A stretch of 64,000 bases of DNA from Sedimentisphaerales bacterium (lineage in GTDB: Bacteria; Planctomycetota; Phycisphaerae; Sedimentisphaerales; SM23-30), in the NCBI GenBank assembly GCA_963666285.1, contig OY762711.1. The stretch is one strand, 5' to 3'. A program made the position numbers and the translations under genes. Numbering within the stretch: position 1 is the stretch's first letter; each line of letters starts with the position of its first letter. The notes under the pieces were generated by a model. The model ran no database searches and was not told where the DNA came from. It saw only the letters and a list, made by a program, of their open reading frames with translations. Shown here piece after piece: positions 21,418 to 31,940 of this stretch.

Positions 21418-21621
21418 TTATGCTTGTTCAGCCGCTATTTCACGCTCACGTATAATAGTCTTTACTCTTGCTATGTCACGCTTTACTTGTTTGAATAAAG
21501 TTGTGTCTTCAACTTTTTCAGTTACTTTCTGACAACGCAGGTCAAATGCCTTACGCTTTAGAGATTCTAACTGATCTCCAAGCTCTTCGTTATTCATTCC
21601 ACGTATTTCATCAATCTTCAT
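21418..21621 (-). CDS. rpmC: 50S ribosomal protein uL29
   Basis: KRDIARVKT; operon position. Confidence 0.97.
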   Translation of the reverse strand: MKIDEIRGMNNEELGDQLESLKRKAFDLRCQKVTEKVEDTTLFKQVKRDIARVKTIIREREIAAEQA

Positions 21622-21679
21622 TGTATATATCTCTTATTTAATCGATTCTAATACTACTGTTCGCCTATCATCACTTTTC

Positions 21680-22096
21680 TTATATATGACGACGCTTTAC
21701 AAAACGACATTTTACAGGCATCTTATGTGCTACTCGAAGTAATGCCATCTTGGCTGCTTCTTCAGGAACTCCGCCGATTTCATACAGTACTGTTCCTGGT
21801 TTTACATGTGCTACCCATGCATCCGGTTCACCTTTTCCCTTACCCATACGAACTTCAAGCGGCTTCGCTGAAATTGAACGATGCGGGAATATTCGGATAT
21901 ATATCTTACCTTCTCGTCTCAAAAAGTGAGTAGCTGCAATACGGCCAGACTCGATTGTCTTAGCTGTTATACGGCCAGGGGCAAGACTCTGTAGTCCAAA
22001 TTCGCCATACGCGACATAATTTCCGCGTGTTGCGTTTCCTTTTATTTTGCCTCGCTGAAACTTACGATGCTTTACTCTTTTTGGCATCATTGCCAT
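21680..22096 (-). CDS. rplP: 50S ribosomal protein uL16
   Basis: PKRVKHRK...RMGKGKG. Confidence 0.99.
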   Translation of the reverse strand: MAMMPKRVKHRKFQRGKIKGNATRGNYVAYGEFGLQSLAPGRITAKTIESGRIAATHFLRREGKIYIRIFPHRSISAKPLEVRMGKGKGEPDAWVAHVKPGTVLYEIGGVPEEAAKMALLRVAHKMPVKCRFVKRRHI

Positions 22097-22167
22097 GGCT
22101 CATATCCTCGTTATATCAAAAAAGCGTTATCTTTATTATCAAAATTTAATAACTATATCTGTTCTTA

Positions 22168-22869
22168 CTAGTCTCTGTTGCGTCCGCCTCTGCCGCCTTT
22201 GCGTGGAGGCTGTTTTACCGGAACAATCTCTTCGCCGTATTTGCCCAGGTAAACCCAAACCTTAATACCTATGATACCATAAGTACAACGAGCCAGGCTC
22301 AACGCGTAATCTACATTTGCATCCAGAGTCTGTAGCGGAATTGAACCCAGGATCTGAGTTTCACTTCTTGCCAGTTCTGCTCCGCCCAAACGACCTGAAC
22401 AAATGATTTTAACTCCTTTGGCTCCTGATGCCATCGCTGTTTCACATGCCTGCTTCATTACACGGCGGAAAGCTGCTCGACGTTTCAACTGCTCGCCAAT
22501 ATTTTCTCCTATCAGCTGAGCATTCAATTCAGGATTCTTTATCTCTGATACATTTACTGTTACCTTACGGTTGATCAGATCTTCAAGTGCTTCGCGAAGT
22601 TTTTCTATTTCAGCACCCTTTGGGCCAATTACTATACCTGGACGCGATGTATGTAATGTTATACGAACATCATCACGGGTTCTTTCGATTTCTGTCCTGG
22701 CCAGGGCGCCGTAAGGCTGACGACGATTCAATCTATCATCTAGAAACTTACGAATCTTCTGGTCTTCTACGAGGCAAACGCCAAATGCCTGCTTTGGAGC
22801 AAACCAGCGACTCTGCCATCCTAGGGTTATGCCTGTTCTAAAACCAATTGGCGATACTTTTTGACCCAT
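22168..22869 (-). CDS. rpsC: 30S ribosomal protein uS3
   Basis: MGQKVSPIGFR; RPGIVIG; GRLGGAE. Confidence 0.99.
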   Translation of the reverse strand: MGQKVSPIGFRTGITLGWQSRWFAPKQAFGVCLVEDQKIRKFLDDRLNRRQPYGALARTEIERTRDDVRITLHTSRPGIVIGPKGAEIEKLREALEDLINRKVTVNVSEIKNPELNAQLIGENIGEQLKRRAAFRRVMKQACETAMASGAKGVKIICSGRLGGAELARSETQILGSIPLQTLDANVDYALSLARCTYGIIGIKVWVYLGKYGEEIVPVKQPPRKGGRGGRNRD

Positions 22870-22918
22870 TATTTTACCTCTATATATTTACTACGCTTTG
22901 CGGTATTTTTTATTTCTT

Positions 22919-23491
22919 CTAATCGTTTAAATCTACTGTTATATAAATATGACTTGCCAGTTTTGTAAATGGTACGGCACGACCTCTGTCCTTCGGACGC
23001 CAGCGTCTTGTTCCGCGACGTATGCCCGCCCCATCTACTCGTGACTCACTGATATACAGGTTTGTTATATCAACTTCCTGCTCGTCCGCATTTGCTATCG
23101 CACTCTTTAATACCTGGCTAACATAGTATGCTGCTCTCTTGTTGGTAAACTTCAGAATATCTAGTGCATCCTGAACATTGCGATCGCGAATCATATCAGC
23201 AACTAAACGTACCTTGCGTGGTGCCATCGGGCAGAACTTATGTGTAGCAGACCAGGTCTCTAATGCATCTTTGCCTACGCTTAATGCTGAGGCCAGCTTC
23301 TGAACTTCTTCTGCTTTTGGACGCGGACTATATAAACCGCGTTCCCAGTTCTTTACCTTACCAAGGCACTTCTTAAACTCTCTGGCTTTGAGCTCTGTAT
23401 TTACATTCCCCGGCATCAGTGCTCTTGCTAGAGCATCTATGGTCATTCCGGACTCTTCTCGACAGTATTGTAATTTTTCACCGTTTAGCAT
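22919..23491 (-). CDS. rplV: 50S ribosomal protein uL22 with N-terminal XRE-type HTH fusion
   Basis: Residues ~80-190 are uL22 (PRKVRLVADMIR...LKSAIANA...SHIYITV); residues 1-78 are HTH-like; sits between rpsS and rpsC. Confidence 0.95.
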   Translation of the reverse strand: MLNGEKLQYCREESGMTIDALARALMPGNVNTELKAREFKKCLGKVKNWERGLYSPRPKAEEVQKLASALSVGKDALETWSATHKFCPMAPRKVRLVADMIRDRNVQDALDILKFTNKRAAYYVSQVLKSAIANADEQEVDITNLYISESRVDGAGIRRGTRRWRPKDRGRAVPFTKLASHIYITVDLND

Positions 23492-23560
23492 CAGTGTTTT
23501 CCTAAATCCAGGTTAATAATATATATTACTAAATCCTAAATCATTTTTATATTCAAGCGG

Positions 23561-23833
23561 TTATTTTTTCTTCTTATCTGCTCCATGACCGCGATAGTTG
23601 CGTGTCGGAGAGAATTCACCTAGCTTATGACCTACCATATCTTCGGTCACATATACTTTATGGAACATTCTTCCATTATGAACCATAAAAGTATAACCTA
23701 CAAACTCCGGTACGATTGTACAACGACGTGCCCAGGTCTTTACCGGATCTTTTTTGTTGGTTTCTTCCAACTTCATAACCTTTTTGTACAACTTTTCATC
23801 TACAAAAGGGCCTTTTTTTAATGAACGTGGCAT
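23561..23833 (-). CDS. rpsS: 30S ribosomal protein uS19
   Basis: [23 protein letters not shown]. Confidence 0.99.
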   Translation of the reverse strand: MPRSLKKGPFVDEKLYKKVMKLEETNKKDPVKTWARRCTIVPEFVGYTFMVHNGRMFHKVYVTEDMVGHKLGEFSPTRNYRGHGADKKKK

Positions 23834-23869
23834 AGCCTTTTCCTTTTAATTCCTTTTACGGTTTATCTT

Positions 23870-24721
23870 TTACAGTACCAACTGTCCGTAATGTTTACTC
23901 TTACGTCTACGGATAATATGTTTGTTACTTGCTTTTCGCTTAGCACGGGTCTTGCCGCCCTTAGCATAAAGACCTGTTGGTGAACACGGATGACGACCAC
24001 CATTTGATCGGCCTTCACCACCACCCATTGGATGGCTTACTGGGTTCTGTGCCTTACCGCGAACGTGTGGCCTGCGACCCATGTGGCGTTTACGACCGGC
24101 TTTTCCTATTCTCACCAGCTGGTGATCTGTATTTCCTATCTGACCGATTGTTGCTCGGCATGATGCATGAATCATTCGCATTTCACCGCTTGGCATGATC
24201 AGTGTGATATATTTTTCATCTTTACCGGCAATACGAGCTACTGATCCGGCTGACCGTACCAGTTTGCCGCCCTGCCCTGGATTCAGTTCAATATTATGAA
24301 CTTCCATACCATTCGGTATGTTTTTCAATGGCATGCAGTTTCCTACTTTTGGCTCTACCTTGTCGCCTGACTCGATTGTTTCGCCTACTGTCAGACCTAC
24401 CGGAGCAAGGATATAGCTCTTTTCGCCGTCTGAATATTGCACTAACGCTATATGACAGGTACGGTTTGGATCATATTCAATTCCAATTACTTCTGCTGCC
24501 ATATTATCTTTCAGACGCTTGAAATCTACCATACGGTAAATCTTACGGGCGCCACCACCACGGAAACGGACTGTTGTCTTTCCACTGTGGTTTCGGCCGC
24601 CATGCTTCTTTATACGCTTGACCAGTGTCTTTTCGGGTTTGGTCTTGGTAACTTCTGCGTAATCGTTTACTGAAGCATTTCTTCTACCGGCACTTGTCGG
24701 CTTGTAAACACGAATACCCAT
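23870..24721 (-). CDS. rplB: 50S ribosomal protein uL2
   Basis: [14 protein letters not shown]. Confidence 0.99.
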   Translation of the reverse strand: MGIRVYKPTSAGRRNASVNDYAEVTKTKPEKTLVKRIKKHGGRNHSGKTTVRFRGGGARKIYRMVDFKRLKDNMAAEVIGIEYDPNRTCHIALVQYSDGEKSYILAPVGLTVGETIESGDKVEPKVGNCMPLKNIPNGMEVHNIELNPGQGGKLVRSAGSVARIAGKDEKYITLIMPSGEMRMIHASCRATIGQIGNTDHQLVRIGKAGRKRHMGRRPHVRGKAQNPVSHPMGGGEGRSNGGRHPCSPTGLYAKGGKTRAKRKASNKHIIRRRKSKHYGQLVL

Positions 24722-24835
24722 TTATTATCTTTCCTTAATTCTCTATGCCGTTTCAACCCATTAAGAAACAGCCGTTTATCTTTATGGCTTCGCTGTCGTT
24801 TCGACGGCTCAACCTGAGTTCACTACCTGACTTAA

Positions 24836-25114
24836 CTAGAACAAATCTATTCTGCTGTCTGCATCTAATACTACGACAGCTTTTTTCCAGTCGGCCTTGT
24901 GGCCCATTACCCATCCGCGACGGGCTGGCTTGCCCTTGCGTGTCATTGTTCTGACATCTATTACTTTTACACCGTAAATCTCTTCGATAGCCTGCTTGAT
25001 ATCAGTCTTATTGGCTTTCTTGTCTACTTCAAAAATGTAAGCATTCAAGAATGACTGCTGCATTGTACCTTTTTCTGTTATTAACGGTCTTTTTATTACT
25101 TGATACTTGTCCAC
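24836..25114 (-). CDS. rplW: 50S ribosomal protein uL23
   Basis: PLITEK...ANKTDIKQAIE...WKKAVV. Confidence 0.98.
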   Translation of the reverse strand: MDKYQVIKRPLITEKGTMQQSFLNAYIFEVDKKANKTDIKQAIEEIYGVKVIDVRTMTRKGKPARRGWVMGHKADWKKAVVVLDADSRIDLF

Positions 25115-25138
25115 TTAATTAACCTCAGTACAAGGATT

Positions 25139-25774
25139 TTAGTTTTCTGCTTTTACCTGCGGGTTTACCAGGCAATCAAGAGACTTCTTTGTCAAAAGAA
25201 GCTTACGTTTGTTAACGATATCGCCTGCATTTAACTGGTCAACTTCCATAACATCTACTTTATTGATATTACGTATTGACTTGTATACATTTACATCATA
25301 ATCGTCGATTGCTACCAAACAGCTGCGGTCGATCTTTAGATTTTTCAGAATCAATGCAAACTCTTTGGTCTTGGGTGCTGTAAATTCTATCTTGTCAATT
25401 ACCATCAGGTCTTCTGCCTTGATCTTTGCCAGAATTGCACTGTTACGTGCCAGGCGACGCTGTTTCTTTGGCATACGCTGTGAAAAATCGCGGGCATACT
25501 TGGCAAACGCTACACCGCCACCACGGCGAACACATGTGCGGTTGTTACCGACTCGAGCTCTACCTGTTCCTTTTTGGCGGTATAGTTTACGGGTTGAACC
25601 CGCTTTCATGCCACGGCTCTTATTCGCAGCTGTACCCTGACGCTTATTTGCATGGTACATAACTATGGCCTGCTTCAAAAGAGCATTACGAACTACTGTA
25701 CCTAATGCAGCCGGATCTATCTGAACTTTTTCTAGTTCCTGGCCTTCTTTATTATATACTGGTAACTCTATCAT
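25139..25774 (-). CDS. rplD: 50S ribosomal protein uL4
   Basis: RQGT...QKGTGRARVG...GGGVAF. Confidence 0.99.
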   Translation of the reverse strand: MIELPVYNKEGQELEKVQIDPAALGTVVRNALLKQAIVMYHANKRQGTAANKSRGMKAGSTRKLYRQKGTGRARVGNNRTCVRRGGGVAFAKYARDFSQRMPKKQRRLARNSAILAKIKAEDLMVIDKIEFTAPKTKEFALILKNLKIDRSCLVAIDDYDVNVYKSIRNINKVDVMEVDQLNAGDIVNKRKLLLTKKSLDCLVNPQVKAEN

Positions 25775-25795
25775 TTTTTCGCCTTACTATTCAGC

Positions 25796-26437
25796 CTAGT
25801 TCTTAAACTTAGCTTTCTTAACCATTACGTAACCGTTATTTGGGCCTGCTACAGCACCTTTAACAATTATCAGATTATTTTCTGTGTCTATTCCCATTAC
25901 TTTAAGATTCTTGGTGGTGCAACGCTCGTGACCCATATGACCGGCCATCTTTTTACCTTTTCGGATACCGCGACTGCAACCGGCACTTCCACTGTTTGAA
26001 CCGATACCACCTGGATGACGGTGCTTACGTTCACAACCATGTGTGGCGTCCATACCCTTAAAGTGATGACGTTTCATTACACCGGCGGTACCTTTTCCTT
26101 TGGTGGTGCCGATTACGTCAACGAAATTAATTTCTTCAAATATCTCTACTGTCAGCTGCTGACCTAACTCTACTTCTGCCGGACTATCAATACGATCTTC
26201 ACGTACAAAATATTTTGGAGCTGTTTCTGCTTTAGCTGCATGACCTACTGCAGGTTTCTTGCGACGGTTTTCTTTTACGTCGTTAAAACCTATCTGTACG
26301 GCATTATAACCATCTGACTCTTCTGTCTTGACCTGCATTACAGAACAAGGACCAGCCTGAATCAGGGTAACAGGTACTGACTTACCCCCTTCATCATACA
26401 TTCTGGTCATGCCGACTTTTTTTCCTAAAAGCATCAT
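25796..26437 (-). CDS. rplC: 50S ribosomal protein uL3
   Basis: GKKVGMT; DGYNAVQIG; KGKKMAGHMG. Confidence 0.99.
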   Translation of the reverse strand: MMLLGKKVGMTRMYDEGGKSVPVTLIQAGPCSVMQVKTEESDGYNAVQIGFNDVKENRRKKPAVGHAAKAETAPKYFVREDRIDSPAEVELGQQLTVEIFEEINFVDVIGTTKGKGTAGVMKRHHFKGMDATHGCERKHRHPGGIGSNSGSAGCSRGIRKGKKMAGHMGHERCTTKNLKVMGIDTENNLIIVKGAVAGPNNGYVMVKKAKFKN

Positions 26438-26539
26438 AGTTAATACTTCCTGTTATTTTCTAAAAATTTAACGTTCTGTTTATTTGCAAAGTTACGATCT
26501 GTTTAACGAGCAGTTGATCCTTTTCGACCAACTGAATTA

Positions 26540-26848
26540 TCACACACGTATCTTTACAAAAACACCCGCAGGTACAACAAGCCGATTCAAGGCTTCTACT
26601 GTATGCGGGTTGGCGTTGTAAATATCTATCAATCTCTTGTGGGTTCTCATTTCGAACTGTTCGCGAGATTTCTTGTCAATATGCGGCGAACGTAGCACGG
26701 TGTATCTTTCAATACGTGTAGGCAACGGTACTGGACCACTGACTTTTGCGTTGGTACGTAGTGCTTGCTCAACGATCTCTTTTGCCGAGGCATCCAGGGC
26801 TTTATGATCGTACGCTTCCATTCTGATTCTAATTTTTTCGGCTTCCAC
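26540..26848 (-). CDS. rpsJ: 30S ribosomal protein uS10
   Basis: GPVPLPT...[14 protein letters not shown]. Confidence 0.99.
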   Translation of the reverse strand: MEAEKIRIRMEAYDHKALDASAKEIVEQALRTNAKVSGPVPLPTRIERYTVLRSPHIDKKSREQFEMRTHKRLIDIYNANPHTVEALNRLVVPAGVFVKIRV

Positions 26849-26929
26849 TAAGCCAACTCCGTCTTATTTTAATGGTTTATATTGTCTTAGCGCCTGCATA
26901 CACTGCAAGCATATTGCGATAGACCCGTA

Positions 26930-26958
26930 ATTGTAACGTTCTATGACAATTCTGTCAA
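26930..26958 (-). promoter_or_regulatory. Sigma70-type promoter P2 of the S10 operon
   Basis: Minus strand TTGACA-17 nt-TACAAT with an AT-rich upstream tract. Confidence 0.75.
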
Positions 26959-27154
26959 CTAAAACAAAAAACAAAAATAATTTATAATTAGCAACTTGAA
27001 GCTTACGCGGGGGAAATAGTGAAGGAATAAAGAGTTATGTACCGATAACTTTATCTGATAAAGTTCGTCCTCTCGGCACTCTCTTGTCTAACCTACACTT
27101 CACGCGAAAATCCTGTGTCCAGAATATCTCCGCTCGCTTCAGTTGAGACGGGAC

Positions 27155-27183
27155 ATTATATGTGCTTATTCTTGTACCGTCAA
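27155..27183 (-). promoter_or_regulatory. Sigma70-type promoter P1 upstream of the S10 operon
   Basis: Minus strand TTGACG-17 nt-TATAAT preceded by a T-rich UP-like element. Confidence 0.8.
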
Positions 27184-27245
27184 TAAAAAAATAAAAAAAA
27201 TGATCCCGAAAAGAATTATTCTGCTATATTGCCTTTAAAATAGTA

Positions 27246-27279
27246 AAGCAGACTGTAGTAAATACAGCCTGCTTTTTTT
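27246..27279. terminator. Terminator downstream of cheW (possibly bidirectional)
   Basis: AAAGCAG(A)CTGTA-gtaaa-TACAG(C)CTGCTTTTTTT. Confidence 0.6.
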
Positions 27280-27360
27280 GCAACTAATTAGAAATAAGAG
27301 AGTTAAAGTAAAATTACTTATTACGTCTCTTCCTGACCGTCCCGGCCCTTATCGGCTTTC

Positions 27361-27852
27361 TTAAAATCCGGATAACTGGGTACCTGCCAGTACCTGGTCG
27401 ATATCCAGCAATATCTTGACATTATCGCCTACTTTTCCCATCCCAAGAATATAATCTGTATTTACCTGGTTGCCAAACTCAGGTGATGGCTCTATCTGCT
27501 CTTCCTGGATATCCAGAACTTCAGATACATTATCCACAATTATACCAACCTGAACACTGCTTCCGTCGAGATCAACCTCAACTACTATAATACAGGTTTG
27601 TTCTGTTACCTCTTTTTCTTCCATACTGAAGCGACTGCGTAAATCTATTATTGGTATTACCTGGCCACGCAGATTGATCACACCTTTCACCTCTGACGGT
27701 GTCTGTGGGACACTTGTAATATCCTGATAACCGATTATTTCTTTTACTTTCAGTATTTCCAGCCCAAATTCTTCCTGGCCTAATGCAAAAGTTAAATATA
27801 AGCCAGATTTTGCTCGTGAGCCGCGACTTTCAATGTTTGTTGTTCCTGACAT
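27361..27852 (-). CDS. cheW: Chemotaxis adaptor CheW
   Basis: YLTFALGQEEFGLEILKVKEII; KGVINLRGQVIPIIDL; GIIVDNVSEV. Confidence 0.95.
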   Translation of the reverse strand: MSGTTNIESRGSRAKSGLYLTFALGQEEFGLEILKVKEIIGYQDITSVPQTPSEVKGVINLRGQVIPIIDLRSRFSMEEKEVTEQTCIIVVEVDLDGSSVQVGIIVDNVSEVLDIQEEQIEPSPEFGNQVNTDYILGMGKVGDNVKILLDIDQVLAGTQLSGF

Positions 27853-28103
27853 CTGACATATCTCCTGATTATATATATATTTATGTCAAATACATAGTTT
27901 GCTTTTCCCCGAAACATCCAATAGCTTCGGCACAATCCATATCGAGTCGTTTTTATCGCTGAATTATCTATTTTAATTCTTCACATAAATGACTATCTGA
28001 TAAATAACTGTTAAAAAATAACTTATACAAATTAAAAACATCTTAATTTTCAGGAGAATATACTTTATTATGTTATTATAGGACTACAAACTTTGGGCAA
28101 CTT

Positions 28104-28496
28104 ATGATTACTGAAAAAAAACAAGCTGAACTTGAAACCAGAATGGCTGATTGCGGCCTTTTGGAATCTGATATCGAAGAAACCTTTATTAAGGGTTCCG
28201 GACCGGGCGGACAAAAGGTCAACAAAACATCTTCATGCGTTCAACTTAAACATGGGCCTACCGGAATAATGGTTAAAATGCAGAAAGAAAGATCACTACA
28301 ACTTAACCGATTCTTCGCCCGGCGAAAACTTTGCGAACTCATCGAACAATCACAGGGAACAAAAACTCCGGAACAAGTCAAAGCCGAAAAGATCAGGAAA
28401 CAGAAACAACGCAGAAAGCGTAGATCCTCACCTAAACGCTCAGCTACTCCACCGGTTGCTTCAGAAAACTCAAATCCTACCAGCCAAGATAGCTAA
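28104..28496 (+). CDS. Codon-independent peptidyl-tRNA hydrolase / release-factor-like protein (ArfB-like)
   Basis: GSGPGGQKVNKTSS GGQ motif, no codon-recognition domains, basic C-terminal tail. Confidence 0.85.
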   Translation: MITEKKQAELETRMADCGLLESDIEETFIKGSGPGGQKVNKTSSCVQLKHGPTGIMVKMQKERSLQLNRFFARRKLCELIEQSQGTKTPEQVKAEKIRKQKQRRKRRSSPKRSATPPVASENSNPTSQDS

Positions 28497-30387
28497 CCCG
28501 GTTATCCACCAGCCCAACCCCGCCTTTATATATATCTGACTTGATTATGGTGGTAAACTTATAACCAAGATCATCCTGCAAATGCACCACATCGCCCAGA
28601 ATCTTTAATGTCTCCGCTCCATGGCTGCAATCCTGCAACGCCCTCTTTATCACTGGCTCTATCTTATATTCGCTGCCCATCTCAGCCAGAAACACCATCG
28701 CCCTTACCCTCGTCAACGGCGAACTATCGCCACTCATCTCTATCGCTTCTTTCTCAAATTCGATTGCGGTATTGCCAAATGCCGCACATACCGTCATAGA
28801 CCAGAAACGAGCTATCGGATCACTAGACTTTATCGCTGATATAATACCATTTCTAGCCTCTCCATATGGCTTCAGCATCAAATCTGCAATATCTACATAT
28901 CTCCTGATACGAGCTTTATTCTCCCTGCCATACTCCCCAGGATCTTTTATGCCGTTCTCCTTTAGAAATACTGATTCCGGTATTATCCCCAGGTCCGGCA
29001 TTGACACAACTCTATCATACAGCTTTTTCTGCATCTCACTGAGAACAGAGGCATATTCCGGTTTTTCTGCCAGATTATTTGTCTCAAAGGGGTCTTTCTC
29101 CAAATCATACAGCTCATGCCCACTCCTCGGCTCAAAAAATAATGCCTGCGCTGCTGTCAGATTACCGGCCTTAAACATATCACGCCACTGCACAAAAGAC
29201 TGGATTCCCATCCGATAATTATTCTGCAGCGAATACGGCACAAACGGCTCGTAGTTTCGCACATACTTATACTTGCCCTTGCGAAAACTGCGAACCAGCA
29301 GATACAGCTCATCAAATCGATCTGAACTGCACAACACCTCATCCCGAGCATTCAGATCGGCCGGTGAAATACCCTTACCCAGAAACGGTCGGCCGTCCAT
29401 CCCCGCTGGAATTTCAATTCCGGCCAGATTCAGGCTCGTTGCTCCAAAATCAACAAAGCTGACAAATCCGCTTATCTTGCCACCCTGCCCTTGTGGCGAC
29501 AGATGCTTAAATCTCTCCGGCACATGCACTACCAGCGGCACATGCAAACCGGTTTCTGTTATATATCCCTTACTGCCGGGCATCGTACCGCCGTTATCAC
29601 CAATAAAAAAGATAAAGGTATTGTCATACAGCCCGTCTTCCTTTATTGCTTTAACCATATCTCCCACCAGTCGGTCCAGATCTCTTATCCGGTCAAAATA
29701 GGTAGCATATGTTTTCCGAAACTGCCTGGTATCTGGATGCACAGGATACAGTTTTACTGAATCTAAGCTGGTCTGCGGTGAGGAAAGTTTGCCACGTACC
29801 TTTGACTCATGGCTAATTGTAAATGTACGAACATGAAAGAACGGCATATCAGGACTGGGCCTGTCCCGCCACGCATATACGCCGGCAGCGGCATTATCCC
29901 ACGCTCCTGCTCCGGTACAATTATAGTCTGTTTTGGTTGAGTTTGTTGTATAATAACCGGCATCACGCATATACTTCGGAAAACGCTCTAAACCATCCGG
30001 TAAATTGGCAAATTCTATCCTACGATGCCACTGCAAACCTGCCCTGCTGGGATAACAACTCGAAATCAGCGATGATCTCGCTGCTGAACATACCGCAACA
30101 TTACAGAAGGTATTTGAAAACATCAACCCATCTTTTGCCAGTGAATTAATGTTTGGTGTTTCTATTCCATAATCATTATCAAACAGCTTAAACCAATGCT
30201 TCGAACAGTCCTCACCCATAATCCATACAATATTCGGACGCTCGGCTTCTTGTTTAGAACCGCTCGCTCCATACTTCTCCATATCTGAACTATTAGAATA
30301 GTCGTTACCATATATTGGTGTTCCTGCCGTATTAAGCACCAATACAACCATTGCCATGAAACAAAAAACTGACTTTCTAATAAACAT
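28477..30387 (-). CDS. Secreted formylglycine-type sulfatase with C-terminal HEAT-like region
   Basis: RPNIVWIMGED; CSAARSSL (CxAxR variant); GDNG; ELYDLEKDPFETNNLA. Confidence 0.92.
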   Translation of the reverse strand: MFIRKSVFCFMAMVVLVLNTAGTPIYGNDYSNSSDMEKYGASGSKQEAERPNIVWIMGEDCSKHWFKLFDNDYGIETPNINSLAKDGLMFSNTFCNVAVCSAARSSLISSCYPSRAGLQWHRRIEFANLPDGLERFPKYMRDAGYYTTNSTKTDYNCTGAGAWDNAAAGVYAWRDRPSPDMPFFHVRTFTISHESKVRGKLSSPQTSLDSVKLYPVHPDTRQFRKTYATYFDRIRDLDRLVGDMVKAIKEDGLYDNTFIFFIGDNGGTMPGSKGYITETGLHVPLVVHVPERFKHLSPQGQGGKISGFVSFVDFGATSLNLAGIEIPAGMDGRPFLGKGISPADLNARDEVLCSSDRFDELYLLVRSFRKGKYKYVRNYEPFVPYSLQNNYRMGIQSFVQWRDMFKAGNLTAAQALFFEPRSGHELYDLEKDPFETNNLAEKPEYASVLSEMQKKLYDRVVSMPDLGIIPESVFLKENGIKDPGEYGRENKARIRRYVDIADLMLKPYGEARNGIISAIKSSDPIARFWSMTVCAAFGNTAIEFEKEAIEMSGDSSPLTRVRAMVFLAEMGSEYKIEPVIKRALQDCSHGAETLKILGDVVHLQDDLGYKFTTIIKSDIYKGGVGLVDNRVSYLGW

Positions 30388-30510
30388 AAAACACCTCGGG
30401 TAAACTTTTTCGACTACACTTCATTATCCGGTTTTTCTATATAGTATTTACGACCAGACAATCTTTCAGGGACTAAAATCGAAAAAAATGAAAATATAAC
30501 ATACTAAATC

Positions 30511-30524
30511 CAAAGTGACCGGAT
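30511..30524. repeat. Isolated left end of the ~142-bp element (degenerate copy D)
   Basis: CAAAGTGACCGG matches the element left end; the rest is not alignable by eye. Confidence 0.4.
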
Positions 30525-30682
30525 AAAATCTATGTGTATTGCTTAATAGGCTTTAAGGCAATCAATTACATAATAATCTAAAGGTGACATGATCTGTTGT
30601 GATGTAATTGCCGATAACGATTCCGGCGATATAAAAACCTGTAGTTAAGACACTTGTCAGCTCTCAACTCTCTGCAGAGTTC

Positions 30683-31870
30683 TTACAACTCTGCTATCGA
30701 CGATGTAATGGAACGCGTAATTATCGCTCCGGCTATAATACTTAACAATATACCTACTGCCGTAAATACCACCTGGAACTTTTTAGACATAGCAATTACT
30801 TCTCGTGATTTATCCCCCGTCATTACATATACTTCTCGGGATTTATCAACAGCTGCTAAAATCTTATTTTTACAGTTTACACTATCTTGTAATAAGGTTT
30901 CCTGTAATAACTTCACTTCGAGCTTGGCTCCTGCCAATTTTCGATAAGTTTCAAATAATCCGCCTTCTTGCACTATCAACTTCTCTAACTCGTCAAAATT
31001 CTCTTCTGTCTTACCAAAAACTGCTTTTGCATCTTCACTGTCTATCCGACGTCCCAGCCTTTTCTGACGGGATCTATACCACTTGACCCTTTTGGCAATA
31101 CCATTTTCGCACTCTGTCAGTTTTTCCTGGTTCAACTCTATTGTATATTCGCCAATTATTTCTTTTATCTCGATACAATAATGTATCAACTTGTCGGAAC
31201 TCTCTAAAAGTGGATATATCTCGTAAAAAGTAAGCTCGAGCATTTCTCCCATCTCTTCTGCTAAAGCATCGCCTGCTTGCATTTTTGTTTTAGACACTTC
31301 CTCCATCTCGTTCATTGATGCACGTGCCATATAGTTCAGCTCTGTCAAAAGATCAAGCTGGCTTTTAGATTTTTCTTCATATAAACTCAGTTTAACAGCA
31401 ACTTCTTGACCATAGATCAAACTCTGCAAATACAACTCGGTCATCACTTTGATCTCATTTACGTAACTTTTATAAACCTTTATCTCCTGTGCTATTTCCA
31501 GGTTTACCCCGCCGATCTCGCATAGCTTGCTTATTCTTACAGCACTTTCATCAAATTCCTTTGATAAAACCTCTAACTGGGTCTTATGTTTATCAATTAA
31601 CTCCGGATCTGTCTCACGCAGTATATCAAATGATAAATTATATGTCTGCTGTATATTTTCCGTTAACTTCACTGATTCATCTGCCAATGGAACTGCAACT
31701 CCGGCAAACAATTCGACAGTTGATTCTATTCGATTTAACCCACTCCAGCTTACAGCACCTAATGTTCCTATTACAACTGATAATATGAAAAAAGCTAATA
31801 TCAGCTTTTTTCTTATGGTTGCTATCGAATAATTGCTGCCGTCTTGTGATTTCATATCTGGCGTACGCAT
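30683..31870 (-). pseudogene. Truncated chemoreceptor/sensor: TM1, helical periplasmic domain, TM2, stop at the start of HAMP
   Basis: TIRKKLILAFFIL...; ends IITRSITSSIAEL*; no signalling domain follows. Confidence 0.6.
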
Positions 31871-31940
31871 TGAATATACCTCTTATATGATTATTTGCCA
31901 TGTGCTATCAAAACCAGTTCATAGCATTAAGGATCTTATA

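Noticed and set aside
10587..25662. Many + strand ORFs overlapping ribosomal protein genes
   Set aside because: Antisense shadows of well-supported minus-strand genes
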